Counted from the first letter of the stretch, positions 34,840 to 45,415 are shown. The stretch is DNA of 57,206 nt from Candidatus Yonathbacteria bacterium RIFCSPLOWO2_01_FULL_43_27 (GCA_001823545.1 MHUV01000002.1:1-57206); one strand, 5' to 3'. Numbers and translations are program-made. Notes: a model not told the origin generated them from the sequence alone.

Positions 34840-36423
34840 TTACATTTTTCCTGGCGCAGAGATACCTAGTGTTGAAAGAACCTCCTCTAATGTTTTCTTT
34901 GCGGAACGCGCAAGGAGGAGTGCACCTTCGTCGTATTGTTCGTTTTCTATGATACGTACATCGCGATAAAATGCATTCGTAGCGCTCGCAAGTTCGGTTG
35001 CATATACGGTAAGTGTGTTTACGTTATACGTGAGCGCAATATCGGTAATCACTTCTTGAAATTCAATAATACGGGAGGCGAGTGTGTGTGCAGAAGGAAT
35101 GTTCATAAGTTCCAGAAACGTTGTTCTTGTATGTGGCGTCAGAAGACGAGTTTTTTCTTCAATCGATGCAATGCGTGCGTGTGCGTATTGCACGTAGTAT
35201 ACAGGGTTTTTCTCTGATTTTTCGCGTGCAAGTGCCATATCGAACGTCATTTGTGTCGAGAGAGCTTTTTCGTTAAAGAACCATCTCACAATATCTATAC
35301 CAAATTCTTCTACGAGATCGCGTAGTAATATTACGTTACCGGCGCGTTTAGACATTTTTTTTGAGACCCCATCTTCCTTGAGGGACACCATTTGAGCACA
35401 GAACACTATTGGCTGGAGCGTATCTCCATGAGGAGCCTTTGGCCAACCAAGGATTTGTCCTGCGGCTTGCATGCGCTTGATGTGACCGTGGTGGTCTGAA
35501 CCCCATACGTCAATAACAGTCGTGAATCCTCGTTCAAATTTCTTTTGATGGTAGGAGATATCGGCGACAAAATAAGTCATTGTGCCATCGGAGCGTACGA
35601 CGACACGATCCTCGTCATCGCCATACGCACTCGTCTTGAGCCAGAGCGCCCCTTCTTTTTCGTAGGTAACACCATGTTCTTTAAGGAGTGCGAGCATCTT
35701 TTCGTTAACTCCTGCACCGCGAAGTTCTGCATCCTCTGAATACCATACGTCAAAGTGCACACCGAGATTGTTCTCTATAAATGCGCGGTTGCTTGCTTGT
35801 ACTAACCCTGCGAGTTTCACCCCTGCTTCTTTAGGGGATAATCCTTCTACGTTAAGAGTACGCATTTTTTCTTCAAGTTCAGGAGTTTTATATTGCTCGC
35901 CAAGCCCGAGTGCTGTTTTACCGAGTTCATTGATTTGATTGCTGTCGCGCGAATCGTTGATATAAAATTCACGCGTTACGTTTGCGCCGGCGAGGGTAAG
36001 TACGCGTGCAAGTGTGTCACCATAAAAAGCACTTCGCGCGTGGCCAATATGGAGTTCGCCTGTGGGATTGGTCGAGATGAATTCAATATTAATGTTCTCA
36101 TTTTTACGAACCAACTCCTTTTCTTGTTCTTGCATGACCTCTTGCTCTAGGGTAGTGGGGGTGAGAAAAAAGTTCAAGAACCCAGGTCCTGCAACTTCTA
36201 TTTTTTCTATTTCTGGAGCAGGAATACGCATAAGATTTTCAGTGAGGCTTCCCGCAAGATCGCGCGGAGAAATACCCATCTTTTTACCATAGACGAGCGC
36301 TACGTTGGTGGTGTAGTCACCGTGAGAAGATGTCGTAGGACGTTCGATTTTTACCTTATGTACCTCGATACCTTGAGATTCTAGTGCTTCTGTGACGAGT
36401 GTTTCTATTCGTTTTCGTATCAT
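34840..36423 (-). CDS. argS: Arginine--tRNA ligase
   Basis: A class I HIGH region (NPTGELHIGHARSAFYGD). The N-terminal Arg_tRNA_synt_N-like domain and C-terminal DALR-type anticodon-binding region are consistent with ArgRS. Confidence 0.9.
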   Translation of the reverse strand: MIRKRIETLVTEALESQGIEVHKVKIERPTTSSHGDYTTNVALVYGKKMGISPRDLAGSLTENLMRIPAPEIEKIEVAGPGFLNFFLTPTTLEQEVMQEQEKELVRKNENINIEFISTNPTGELHIGHARSAFYGDTLARVLTLAGANVTREFYINDSRDSNQINELGKTALGLGEQYKTPELEEKMRTLNVEGLSPKEAGVKLAGLVQASNRAFIENNLGVHFDVWYSEDAELRGAGVNEKMLALLKEHGVTYEKEGALWLKTSAYGDDEDRVVVRSDGTMTYFVADISYHQKKFERGFTTVIDVWGSDHHGHIKRMQAAGQILGWPKAPHGDTLQPIVFCAQMVSLKEDGVSKKMSKRAGNVILLRDLVEEFGIDIVRWFFNEKALSTQMTFDMALAREKSEKNPVYYVQYAHARIASIEEKTRLLTPHTRTTFLELMNIPSAHTLASRIIEFQEVITDIALTYNVNTLTVYATELASATNAFYRDVRIIENEQYDEGALLLARSAKKTLEEVLSTLGISAPGKM

Positions 36424-36538
36424 AAAAACATCATAGCATAGGGCATACTAAAATTAAAAACCAATAAATAAAGATCTTTTGCCAGTCTTGCCGTAGATTT
36501 TTTGTGTTATTGCATATCGCGTGGTAGAATAATATATT

Positions 36539-37600
36539 ATGCAAGACAGTAAAAAAAATACCGTCATCTCTATTACTACCGGCACCCTCATTAAGGGGCT
36601 TGCGGTCATTGCTGGTTTTTGGGTGCTATACATTCTTCGTGATCTTATTCTTGTGGTGCTTACTGCGGTGATACTTGCATCTTCTATTGAGCCTGCCGTA
36701 AAGTTTTTTAAACGATATCGTATTCCTCGAATCCCGGCAGTGCTTACTATTTATCTCACCTTGGTGGGGTTTGTGGTGGGAATTGCGTATATCTTTATTC
36801 CTCCACTCTTCGGTGATTTTGCTGATTTTGCTCAAAAGCTTCCTGCTATTGCGTCTGAAGTTAATAGCAGTATTTTTGGCGAAAATCCAGAAGTGTACAA
36901 GAAGAGCCAGACGCTCATTACGCAAGTCTCTCAAGAAATTACGCCAAATGACCTTATCTCATCCTTGGGAGATATTTCTGATGCATCAAAAAGTATTACC
37001 GGTACTATTCGTGTTGTGTTTGGGGGAATCTTTAGTTTTATTTTAATTGTCATCCTTTCGTTTTATTTTGCAATGCAGGAGCGTGGAATTGAGAATTTTT
37101 TAAGAATTATTATTCCTTTTAGTAAGGAAGCGTACGCGATCGATCTCTGGGAGCGCTCAAGAAATAAGATTGGCAAGTGGATGCAGGGACAACTTCTTCT
37201 GGGTGTACTCATCTTTGTGCTGGTATATCTCGGGCTTACCATATTCGGGGTACCGTATGCACTTACCTTAGCGCTCCTTGCGGGGGTTCTCGAATTGATT
37301 CCTATTTTTGGCCCTATTATTGCGGCAATTCCTGCAGTTGCTATCGCATATACTTCAGGAGGAGCGGGCCTCTCGCTTATTATCGTCGGTTTTTATGTCT
37401 TAGTTCAGCAATTTGAAAGTCATTTGATTTATCCGCTCGTTGTGCGTAAAGTGGTAGGTGTGCCGTCTATCCTTGTTATTCTCGCGCTTATCATCGGGTC
37501 TAAACTTGCAGGTTTCCTCGGCATCCTAATTGCTATTCCTGTTGCTGCGGCGCTCATGGAAATAGTTGAAGATATTGAGAGAAAGAAGGGAATGAAATAG
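36539..37600 (+). CDS. AI-2E family transporter (UPF0118/PerM-like)
   Basis: Eight predicted TM helices and the conserved LELIPIFGPIIAAIPAVAIA segment. Confidence 0.8.
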   Translation: MQDSKKNTVISITTGTLIKGLAVIAGFWVLYILRDLILVVLTAVILASSIEPAVKFFKRYRIPRIPAVLTIYLTLVGFVVGIAYIFIPPLFGDFADFAQKLPAIASEVNSSIFGENPEVYKKSQTLITQVSQEITPNDLISSLGDISDASKSITGTIRVVFGGIFSFILIVILSFYFAMQERGIENFLRIIIPFSKEAYAIDLWERSRNKIGKWMQGQLLLGVLIFVLVYLGLTIFGVPYALTLALLAGVLELIPIFGPIIAAIPAVAIAYTSGGAGLSLIIVGFYVLVQQFESHLIYPLVVRKVVGVPSILVILALIIGSKLAGFLGILIAIPVAAALMEIVEDIERKKGMK

Positions 37601-37684
37601 GGTTTCTAAACGTTCGATATTTTGTAGTAGTAACATTTTGTCCGTCATCGTACGGCAGTATAGTAATGTGCGGTTAATTATTTT

Positions 37685-39226
37685 ATGAAATTTTATATTA
37701 CGACACCAATTTTTTATGCAAATGCGCGCCTCCATATGGGGCACACGTACACACTTGTTCTTGCGGATATTTTAGCGCGTTACCATCGCACCATTGGCGA
37801 TCAAACTTTTTTCTTAACAGGTTCTGATGAGCACGGCGAGAAGATTGCACGCGCAGCACAAAAGGAAGGTCTCGGACCTCAAGTTTTTGTAAACGGTAAA
37901 GCTGAATTGTTTCAAGAATTATTAAAAGAGCTTCATATTTCCAACGATACGTTTATTCGTACATCCGATCAGAAAAGACACTGGCCTGGCGCGGTGAAGC
38001 TCTGGCGTGCACTGGAAGCGTCGGGTGATATCTATCAGGGAATCTATCATGGTCTCTATTGTGTTGGATGTGAAGCATTCGTTACAGAAAAAGAACTCGT
38101 ACACGGAAAATGTGTACTCCATGATATGGTTCCAGAAAAAATCGAAGAGGAAAATCTGTTCTTTAAACTTTCTCGTTATTCGACAGAACTCAAACGACTT
38201 ATTGAAAGCGGGGAATTAAAAATTACGCCAGAAAGTCGAGGGCGTGAAATGCTCGCGCTTATTGGTGAAGGTCTTGCCGATGTGAGCATTTCACGTTTGA
38301 TGGGTGGGGTACCATGGGGTGTACCATTACCCTCTGACCCAAGTAAGGTTATGTATGTGTGGTGTGATGCGCTTTCGAGTTATCTCTCGGCGCTTGGATA
38401 CGGAAGTGATGACGAGACAAACGTGAACCTTTATTGGCCAGCAGATGTGCAAATTCTCGGCAAAGATATTTTGCGATTTCATGCACTTCTCTGGCCAGCA
38501 CTTCTTCTCTCGGCGCACCTTGCCCCACCTAAAGAGCTCCTGGTACACGGATTTATTACCTCTGGGGGTGCCAAGATGTCAAAGACACTCGGTAATGTTC
38601 TCGACCCAGAAGAATTCATCAAAGAGTACGGCATCGATGCACTCAGGTACTATCTTGCCCGTGAAGTATCTACTACGGAAGACGGTGATCTTACGCGAGA
38701 GAAATTTAAAGAAACCTATAATGCGAATCTTGCGAATGGGTTAGGGAATCTCGTTTCGCGTACGCTGAAAATGGCAACGCAGTATTTTAATGGCACCATA
38801 ACGAGCGAGCCATCGCGTGTGCCGCCACTTCGTGTGGACAATGCCACTCTGTCGGTTATTGGTGATCTCGAGGGGGTAAATATTCCCTATGTGATTATGA
38901 ATGATATTTTGCCACGCTACCATGCGCTGTTGCGTGCACATGAAATACCTAAAGCGATGGATGTCGTGTGGGAGTTGATAGGATACCTTGATGGATATAT
39001 TACGAGCTATGAACCATTCAAGCTTATTAAAACTGACCCGGAAATGACCGAGCGTGTTATTTGGGGTCTTGTGTACGGGCTCCACGAAATTGCAGAAATG
39101 CTTTTCCCAATGATGCCACTCACCGCAGGGAAAATCAAAGAACTCATTACCGTAAAAGAGGAGGAAGGTATTGTTACGTTTACTACTGCTTCGTTGTCCG
39201 CGCCGTTATTTATGAGAAAAGAATAA
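37685..39226 (+). CDS. metG: Methionine--tRNA ligase
   Basis: PIFYANARLHMGHTY (HIGH region), the zinc knuckle CVGCEAFV...HGKC and KMSKTLGN (the KMSKS motif). Confidence 0.95.
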   Translation: MKFYITTPIFYANARLHMGHTYTLVLADILARYHRTIGDQTFFLTGSDEHGEKIARAAQKEGLGPQVFVNGKAELFQELLKELHISNDTFIRTSDQKRHWPGAVKLWRALEASGDIYQGIYHGLYCVGCEAFVTEKELVHGKCVLHDMVPEKIEEENLFFKLSRYSTELKRLIESGELKITPESRGREMLALIGEGLADVSISRLMGGVPWGVPLPSDPSKVMYVWCDALSSYLSALGYGSDDETNVNLYWPADVQILGKDILRFHALLWPALLLSAHLAPPKELLVHGFITSGGAKMSKTLGNVLDPEEFIKEYGIDALRYYLAREVSTTEDGDLTREKFKETYNANLANGLGNLVSRTLKMATQYFNGTITSEPSRVPPLRVDNATLSVIGDLEGVNIPYVIMNDILPRYHALLRAHEIPKAMDVVWELIGYLDGYITSYEPFKLIKTDPEMTERVIWGLVYGLHEIAEMLFPMMPLTAGKIKELITVKEEEGIVTFTTASLSAPLFMRKE

Positions 39227-39236
39227 TATTTATTCT

Positions 39237-40055
39237 ATGGCACCTCGTTTTTTTGATATTCATACCCACCTTAACGATAAGACTTTTCACAATGACCGTG
39301 AGGCGGTTCTTTCAAGGATGCACGCACGCGATGTATGGGGAATTGTTGTTGGCACTGACTACAAGAGTTCTCAGGATGCGGTTATGATTGCATCGTTCTC
39401 TGGAGAGGGGATATTTGCAACCATCGGTGTGCATCCTATCGATACGCATACAGAAAATTTTAGAGAGCATTTTTTTGAGGAGCTTATCCAAAAGAAAAAC
39501 GTCATTGCGATAGGGGAGTGCGGGCTGGATTATTCTCATATCAGCAATGTTCCCGATATTGAAAAAGAAAAAGCGCGTCAGAAAAAACTTTTTGAAGATC
39601 AGATAGATTTTGCCATCACGCACGATCTTCCGTTGATGATTCATTGTCGCGATAGTGACAAGAGTCTTCAAGATGCCCACCATGACACCTTGGCACTTTT
39701 CCAAGAGAAGAAAAAAACTGCTGGCGAGCGCTTGCGGGGGAATGTTCACTTTTTTTCACAAACAATAGACATTGCGCGTGAGTATTTTGCGCTTGGTTTT
39801 ACTATTTCATTTACGGGCGTGATTACATTTTCTCGCGAATATGATGAAGTTGTTCGTGAGTCACCTCGTGATTTTCTTATGGTAGAGACAGATTGTCCCT
39901 ACGTTACGCCGGTGCCCCATCGTGGTACCCGTAATGAGCCGATATATGTAGAAGAGGTTGTTAAGAAAATTGCTGAAATTCGCGGGGAGGACTATGAGCT
40001 CGTCCGTGAATCTTTGGTCAAAAATGCGCTCAGAGTTTTTAATATTAACGAATAA
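39237..40055 (+). CDS. tatD: TatD family metal-dependent hydrolase
   Basis: FDIHTHLN, GECGLDY, HCRD, and the VETDCPY metal ligands. Confidence 0.9.
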   Translation: MAPRFFDIHTHLNDKTFHNDREAVLSRMHARDVWGIVVGTDYKSSQDAVMIASFSGEGIFATIGVHPIDTHTENFREHFFEELIQKKNVIAIGECGLDYSHISNVPDIEKEKARQKKLFEDQIDFAITHDLPLMIHCRDSDKSLQDAHHDTLALFQEKKKTAGERLRGNVHFFSQTIDIAREYFALGFTISFTGVITFSREYDEVVRESPRDFLMVETDCPYVTPVPHRGTRNEPIYVEEVVKKIAEIRGEDYELVRESLVKNALRVFNINE

Positions 40056-40097
40056 ATTGTGCACCTTTGCGTGAAAGAACGCAGGCCCCTTCGAACG

Positions 40098-40126
40098 TTG
40101 ACTTAGCAGACTTCTTCTGGTAGTAT
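40098..40126 (+). promoter_or_regulatory. Sigma-70-like promoter for the rpsF-ssb-rpsR operon
   Basis: TTGACT, a 17-nt spacer, then TAGTAT, about 60 nt upstream of the rpsF start. Confidence 0.45.
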
Positions 40127-40183
40127 GTGCGGGTTATTAGCGGATTATCAGGTAGTGGGGCATACCCCCAAATAAAGTAATAT

Positions 40184-40696
40184 ATGAATCATAACGAACA
40201 CACGGAGCCACGCATTTATGAGCTTGGCTACCACCTTGTACCGACGATTGCAGAGGAGCAGATCCCGCAGGTGTCGGGCGCCGTGCGTGGGATGATTGAG
40301 GCGATTTCCGGCAACATTATTGCCGAAGAAACACCTATATTCATTGATCTCGCGTACCAGATTGTTAAAACGGTAGAGCATAAGCACTATCGTTTCGACG
40401 ATGCGTATTTTGGTTTCATCAAGTTTGAGGCAAGTCCCGAGGGAATTGCGACACTTGAAGAGGCACTCAAGAAAGACGATAACGTTCTACGTTATTTAGT
40501 TGTTAAAACACTCAAGGAAAACACATTCCTTTCTAAAAAGTTTCCTTCAGCAAAAGTAAAAGAGCGTGAAGAAGAGGCAGTACCTCCCGTTGCGGAAGAG
40601 CAAATTCTTGTTTCAGAAGAAGCTTCGCTTGAGGTAGAGGCTCCTGCTGTTGCTTCTGATGAGCTCGACAAGGCTATTGATGAATTGGTTGCATAG
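40184..40696 (+). CDS. rpsF: 30S ribosomal protein S6 with an acidic C-terminal extension
   Basis: YELGYHLVP...LAYQIVKTVEHKHYRFDDAYFGFIKFEA follows the S6 pattern. It is the first gene of the rpsF-ssb-rpsR operon. Confidence 0.8.
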   Translation: MNHNEHTEPRIYELGYHLVPTIAEEQIPQVSGAVRGMIEAISGNIIAEETPIFIDLAYQIVKTVEHKHYRFDDAYFGFIKFEASPEGIATLEEALKKDDNVLRYLVVKTLKENTFLSKKFPSAKVKEREEEAVPPVAEEQILVSEEASLEVEAPAVASDELDKAIDELVA

Positions 40697-40758
40697 GAGA
40701 GAAGCATAGTGGTATCATGAAGAATAAAGGAAATTATTAACTATTAACTCATCTCATT

Positions 40759-41223
40759 ATGTACCTCAACAAAGCAATCGTGTACGGCAACCTTACGCGC
40801 GACCCAGAGCTTAAGGCGCTTCCTACGGGAAATAAGGTTACCAGTTTTTCTGTCGCGACAAATCGTGTTTGGAAGGACAAGAATGGTGCAAAGCAGGAAA
40901 GTGTTGATTATCACAATGTTGTTCTTTACGGAAAAATTGCAGAGCTTGCTGCACAGTATCTCAAGAAAGGTAATTCAGTATTGATTGAAGGACGTATGCA
41001 GACAAGAAGTTGGGATGACGCTTCCGGCAAAAAATACCGCACCGAGATCATTGCAGACAATATGCAGTTTGGCCCACGTGGTGGCGGAACGAGTACAGGA
41101 GGAAGCGGTCCATCAACAGGTTCTCCTTCCAGCGCTAAAGCAAATACTCCTTCAGTTCCCGAGCCACTTGAAACGATTGAATATCCCGAAGAGGATATCA
41201 ACCCAGATGACATTCCATTCTAA
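40759..41223 (+). CDS. ssb: Single-stranded DNA-binding protein
   Basis: An OB-fold N-terminus (MYLNKAIVYGNLTRDPELK...), a Gly-rich linker and the C-terminal DDIPF tip. Confidence 0.9.
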   Translation: MYLNKAIVYGNLTRDPELKALPTGNKVTSFSVATNRVWKDKNGAKQESVDYHNVVLYGKIAELAAQYLKKGNSVLIEGRMQTRSWDDASGKKYRTEIIADNMQFGPRGGGTSTGGSGPSTGSPSSAKANTPSVPEPLETIEYPEEDINPDDIPF

Positions 41224-41269
41224 GTAAAGAAAGAAATTATTTATTAGGTATTATTACATCATTAAAATT

Positions 41270-41470
41270 ATGACCCAATGTTACTTTTCAGCAAACAATG
41301 TAAAGCTTATTGATTACAAAGATGCTGAGATCTTGAAGAAATACATCAACCCCCACGGACGTATGATTGCAAGCAAGCATACTGGTGTGTGTGCAAAGCA
41401 CCAGCGCCAGTTGGCAAATGCAGTCAAGCGTGCGCGTTTTATGGCATTGCTTCCGTTTGTCGCAAAATAA
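41270..41470 (+). CDS. rpsR: 30S ribosomal protein S18
   Basis: IDYKDAEILKKYINPHGRMIASKHTGVCAKHQRQLANAVKRARFMALLPF. Confidence 0.9.
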   Translation: MTQCYFSANNVKLIDYKDAEILKKYINPHGRMIASKHTGVCAKHQRQLANAVKRARFMALLPFVAK

Positions 41471-41482
41471 AGATTGTTTACT

Positions 41483-41520
41483 AGCGGTGCGCCAATTACT
41501 ATAGTAATTGGCGCACCGCT
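41483..41520. terminator. Perfect 38-bp palindrome hairpin after rpsR
   Basis: AGCGGTGCGCCAATTACTA/TAGTAATTGGCGCACCGCT. Confidence 0.7.
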
Positions 41521-41555
41521 ATTTATTGAAACAGGACGAATTAATACAAAATATT

Positions 41556-42032
41556 ATGGCACATCCAAAAGAAGAAAAAACACTTATTATTATTAAGCCT
41601 GACGCTATCCACCGCGGGCTTCTTGGTGAGATCGTTACTCGTTTTGAGCGCAAGGGATTGAAAATTGTGGGGATGAAGATGCTTCAGCTTGAAGATGCCC
41701 TTCTTGAGGCGCACTACGCACATATTAAAGACAAGCCATTCTTTGTAGGAATAAAAAACTACATGAAATCTTCTCCTGTTGTGGTGATGGTACTCTCGGG
41801 TATCAATGCGGTATCCGCAACTCGCATCATTGTAGGTCCAACCAAGGCATATGAGGCAGATGCAGGTAGTATTCGTGGCGACCTCTCACTCTCAATGCAA
41901 TCAAACGTAGTGCATTCTTCAGATTCTGTGGAGTCTGGCGTAGCAGAAGTAACTAGATTTTTCTCTGAAGAAGAACTTTTTGATTACAAGAAAACAGATT
42001 TTGATTACATTTATGCAGACGAAGTATTTTAA
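41556..42032 (+). CDS. ndk: Nucleoside diphosphate kinase
   Basis: LIIIKPDAIHRGLLGEIVTRFERKGLKIVGMKM and the NVVHSSDS active-site region (NxxHxSD). The start was moved to MAHPKEEK. The track ORF start overlaps the terminator. Confidence 0.9.
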   Translation: MAHPKEEKTLIIIKPDAIHRGLLGEIVTRFERKGLKIVGMKMLQLEDALLEAHYAHIKDKPFFVGIKNYMKSSPVVVMVLSGINAVSATRIIVGPTKAYEADAGSIRGDLSLSMQSNVVHSSDSVESGVAEVTRFFSEEELFDYKKTDFDYIYADEVF

Positions 42033-42057
42033 ATTTATATTATAAATATTTTTTCTA

Positions 42058-42086
42058 CAAAATCCTTGCACATCGCAAGGATTTTG
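42058..42086 (+). terminator. Terminator after ndk
   Basis: CAAAATCCTTGC-acat-CGCAAGGATTTTG followed by a T-run. Confidence 0.7.
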
Positions 42087-42375
42087 TTTTCTAGTTACAT
42101 TTTCTTATTGCAAAAAATGTAATAGTGCGTATAGTTAGAGTAGGGTTATTTGATATATTGACTCCATAGTTATTGGCAAGGGATCCTGTATTTGTGTGCG
42201 CCGTGGTGCATACGTGAGGGAACCCACCTAGATTTTACTAGGGCCAGTATCCCTCAAATAGCCCCAAGAAAAACCCCTGCGCCTCTGCGAAGGGGTTTTT
42301 CTAATATAAGGGGTGCGCGGGGAATTATCAGCTATTTTGCTAGCTCCTTTTTATTCCTTTGTGTATACTGCTCAT

Positions 42376-42783
42376 ATGACACAAAGAAAATTTCCTTGGT
42401 TTCTTGCGGTAGCTCTTTTTATTATTACAGGAGTTAATAGTGTGGCGAATTATTATTCATGGTATTGGACCATTCGGTGGTTTGATATGCCTATGCATTT
42501 TGCGGGTGGTGCGTGGCTTGCGGGTGTTACCATATGGTGGAAGTTTTTTTCAGGTAGGCAGGATATGTCTTCGGTGGCGCCCACCATTACACGTTTGATC
42601 GTGTGGGGCGTGGGAGGAGCTTTTGTTATAGGATTAGGTTGGGAAGTATACGAATCTGTTGTTTCTTTTTTAACACAGGGACATATTAATAATATACAAG
42701 ACACCATCAGCGACCTATTCTTGGATATGGCGGGAGGAACGCTCGTGGCAATCTTGTATAATATAAGAAAACGTTATGCTTAA
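42376..42783 (+). CDS. Hypothetical integral membrane protein (Trp-rich, four TM helices)
   Basis: MTQRKFPWFLAVALFIITGV... then WLAGVTIWW... then LIVWGVGGAFVIGLGW... The track ORF starts at 42313, but an upstream hairpin suggests a start at 42376. Confidence 0.45.
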   Translation: MTQRKFPWFLAVALFIITGVNSVANYYSWYWTIRWFDMPMHFAGGAWLAGVTIWWKFFSGRQDMSSVAPTITRLIVWGVGGAFVIGLGWEVYESVVSFLTQGHINNIQDTISDLFLDMAGGTLVAILYNIRKRYA

Positions 42784-44131
42784 ACTTGGCTTTTACGGTG
42801 CTGCAGGGGAGGTGACTGGTTCAAATCATCTTTTAGAAGGTGCGGGTGCAAAAATTTTGATTGATTGTGGATTTTTTCAAGGGGTGAAGGTGTGTGATGA
42901 TAAAAATAGTGATCCTTTCCCCTACGACCCAAAAACAATTGATGCACTCTTTGTTACCCATGCGCACCTCGATCACATTGGGCGTATCCCTAAGCTCGTC
43001 TTGGATGGATTCAAAGGTAAAATATATTCTACGCCACCAACGAAACAAATTGCGCAGCTTATGCTCGAAGATACGTTGCGGGTTATTGCGCGTGAGGCAA
43101 AAGCGGACAACCACGAGCCACTCTATCTCGAAGAATCCGTACGGCAAACAATGTCCCGCTGGGAGACCGTGCCGTATGATCAAGAAGTTGTTATCGGGGA
43201 ACTCCATATACGATTTCGTGATGCAGGGCATATCCTCGGATCAGCGATGCTTGAGATAGAACATAATGGTAAAAAACTCGCATACTCAGGCGACCTCGGT
43301 AATTCTCCTGCGCCACTTCTTATGGATACAAAGTTACTTTCTGGTATTGATTATCTTGTCATGGAGGCGGTGTACGGTGATCGTACACACGAAGATCGCG
43401 AAAAACGCGTACATTTATTGGAAGAAATCATCAAAGAAACAATTGCTCGCGGAGGTACACTGATGATCCCTGCGTTTTCCATAGAGCGCACGCAGGATCT
43501 ACTATACGAATTGAATGAGCTTGTGGAAGGTCAAAAAATTCCAGAAATTCCTGTTTTTGTGGATTCACCACTCGCGATTAGAGTAACAGAGGTGTATCGA
43601 AAAAATGGTTCGTACTTTAATAAAGAAACCAAGGACGATATTAAAGGAGGGGATGATATTTTCAAGTTTCCCCGACTTCGTTTTACGGAACGCACTGAGG
43701 ATTCTATTGCAATCAAAGATGTCCCTGCTCCTAAAATAGTTATTGCGGGGTCCGGTATGTCAAACGGAGGCCGTATTCTCCATCATGAGCGTAATTATTT
43801 GGGTGACCCCAAAAGCATCTTGCTCCTTATTGGCTATCAGGCAGTCGGCACGATGGGACGTGCACTCCAAGAAGGGGTAACCTCAGTGCGAATTTTTGAT
43901 GAAGATGTTTCTGTACGCGCAAAAATAGCGGTAATTAACGGATATTCTGCGCACAAGGATACGAATGCACTCCTTGAATTTGTGGGAACAATGCAGGACA
44001 CGGTGAAAAAAGTGTTTGTGGTGCACGCTGAACCTGGCGCTGCGTTGTTTTTTGCCCAGCGTGTTCGCGACTACCTTGCAATCGATACGCGTATTCCAAA
44101 AGCAGGTGAGGTGGTGGAGATTGATATGTAA
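42776..44131 (+). CDS. MBL-fold metallo-hydrolase with a beta-CASP RNA-metabolising domain (CPSF73/RNase J-like)
   Basis: ILIDCGFFQG, THAHLDHIGRIPKL (HxHxDH), a beta-CASP region and an RMMBL-like C-terminus. Confidence 0.85.
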   Translation: MLKLGFYGAAGEVTGSNHLLEGAGAKILIDCGFFQGVKVCDDKNSDPFPYDPKTIDALFVTHAHLDHIGRIPKLVLDGFKGKIYSTPPTKQIAQLMLEDTLRVIAREAKADNHEPLYLEESVRQTMSRWETVPYDQEVVIGELHIRFRDAGHILGSAMLEIEHNGKKLAYSGDLGNSPAPLLMDTKLLSGIDYLVMEAVYGDRTHEDREKRVHLLEEIIKETIARGGTLMIPAFSIERTQDLLYELNELVEGQKIPEIPVFVDSPLAIRVTEVYRKNGSYFNKETKDDIKGGDDIFKFPRLRFTERTEDSIAIKDVPAPKIVIAGSGMSNGGRILHHERNYLGDPKSILLLIGYQAVGTMGRALQEGVTSVRIFDEDVSVRAKIAVINGYSAHKDTNALLEFVGTMQDTVKKVFVVHAEPGAALFFAQRVRDYLAIDTRIPKAGEVVEIDM

Positions 44132-44157
44132 TTAATAAGTAAATTAATTTTAAAAAT

Positions 44158-44547
44158 ATGGACACAAACAATAAAATCAAATGGATATTGCGCGTTGCCA
44201 TTTTTGGTGTGTTTTTTGGGCATGCAATGTTTGCACTCGATGGAAATCCAAAGTGGGTACAGTGGATAATGGATTTTGGCGGATGGGAAAAAGAGCTCGC
44301 AACGCAACTTCTTTTTATGGTTGGATTACTCGACACCTTTGTTGCCTTTGCTGTGTTAATAAAACCAATTCGTATTATCTTACTGTGGGCGGTGATATGG
44401 ACGACATGGACAGCTTTTATGCGGGTGTTGCCATTTATTGGTGATCCTATTTGGGATTTTGTGGAACGTTGGGCAAATATTGGCGCTCCACTTGCACTCC
44501 TTCTTCTTATTGGATGGCCAAGAAATTGGAAAGAATGGTTCAAGTAG
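44158..44547 (+). CDS. Hypothetical membrane protein (four TM helices, Trp-rich)
   Basis: Hydrophobic helices throughout. No recognisable catalytic motif. Confidence 0.45.
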   Translation: MDTNNKIKWILRVAIFGVFFGHAMFALDGNPKWVQWIMDFGGWEKELATQLLFMVGLLDTFVAFAVLIKPIRIILLWAVIWTTWTAFMRVLPFIGDPIWDFVERWANIGAPLALLLLIGWPRNWKEWFK

Positions 44548-44574
44548 GTTATAAATTTGTAAGAGTCATCTTTC

Positions 44575-45243
44575 TTGCTATACTGCACACATATGGGAAA
44601 CGAAAAACATCAGCATTTTAAATTGAAAATTTGTATATCAGGTGCAGCAGATACTACCTATTGTGGTGAGTCTGCAATGGAGGCAGCAAAAGAGCTCGGA
44701 CGAGAGATCGTACGACAAGGAGCAATTTTGGTAACAGGGGCGACAACAGGATTTCCTCTTTGGGCGGCAATGGGCGCAAAGGAAGCAGGAGGTATCTCAA
44801 TCGGGCTTTCACCTGCATCAACGGAAAAGGAACACGTCGAGGTGTATGGCTTACCGCTAGATTATTTGGATATTATTGTGTATACCGGTTTTGGATATTC
44901 AGGACGCAATTTACTCCTTACACGTGCCTCGGATGCCGTCGTGGTGGGTTGTGGACGTATTGGTACGGTGAATGAGTTTACGATCGCATTCGAAGATCAC
45001 AAGCCTCTCGGTGTCCTTCGCGGTCCATGGGATATGGATGAAGTACTAGAAGATATGCTTGAGAAAAGTCATCGTCGCGAAGAGGGAACGGTGGTCTTTG
45101 AAGAAACCCCTAAAGAACTTATTTCTAAAGTAATTGAGGTGGTTCAGACCACAAAAACGTGCGACTTGGGTGGGAAATGCCCCGTCTATGTATATGAAAA
45201 TAATGACGGCGTAGGAGGAAAGACAGGGGAGCGCATAATGTAA
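44575..45243 (+). CDS. TIGR00725/LOG-like (SLOG) Rossmann-fold protein
   Basis: ICISGAADT...GREIVRQGAILVTGATTGFPLWAAMGAKEAGGISIGLSP...VVVGCGRIGTVNEF matches the conserved core of the LOG/DprA-like Rossmann family. The start is uncertain. Confidence 0.55.
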   Translation: MLYCTHMGNEKHQHFKLKICISGAADTTYCGESAMEAAKELGREIVRQGAILVTGATTGFPLWAAMGAKEAGGISIGLSPASTEKEHVEVYGLPLDYLDIIVYTGFGYSGRNLLLTRASDAVVVGCGRIGTVNEFTIAFEDHKPLGVLRGPWDMDEVLEDMLEKSHRREEGTVVFEETPKELISKVIEVVQTTKTCDLGGKCPVYVYENNDGVGGKTGERIM

Positions 45244-45415
45244 AATAAATGCGGGTTTTGGCGATTGCGTGTGTTTTATCACTCTTGTATACTTTAACAA
45301 GTAAGAAGTTGCATAGTTCAGCGTCTTATGTAGTACGTATATTGTGCGTAATTTAATTACATTAAGGGATTAGATATGAGGTCATTATGACCATATATCT
45401 TGTCTGGTATATATT

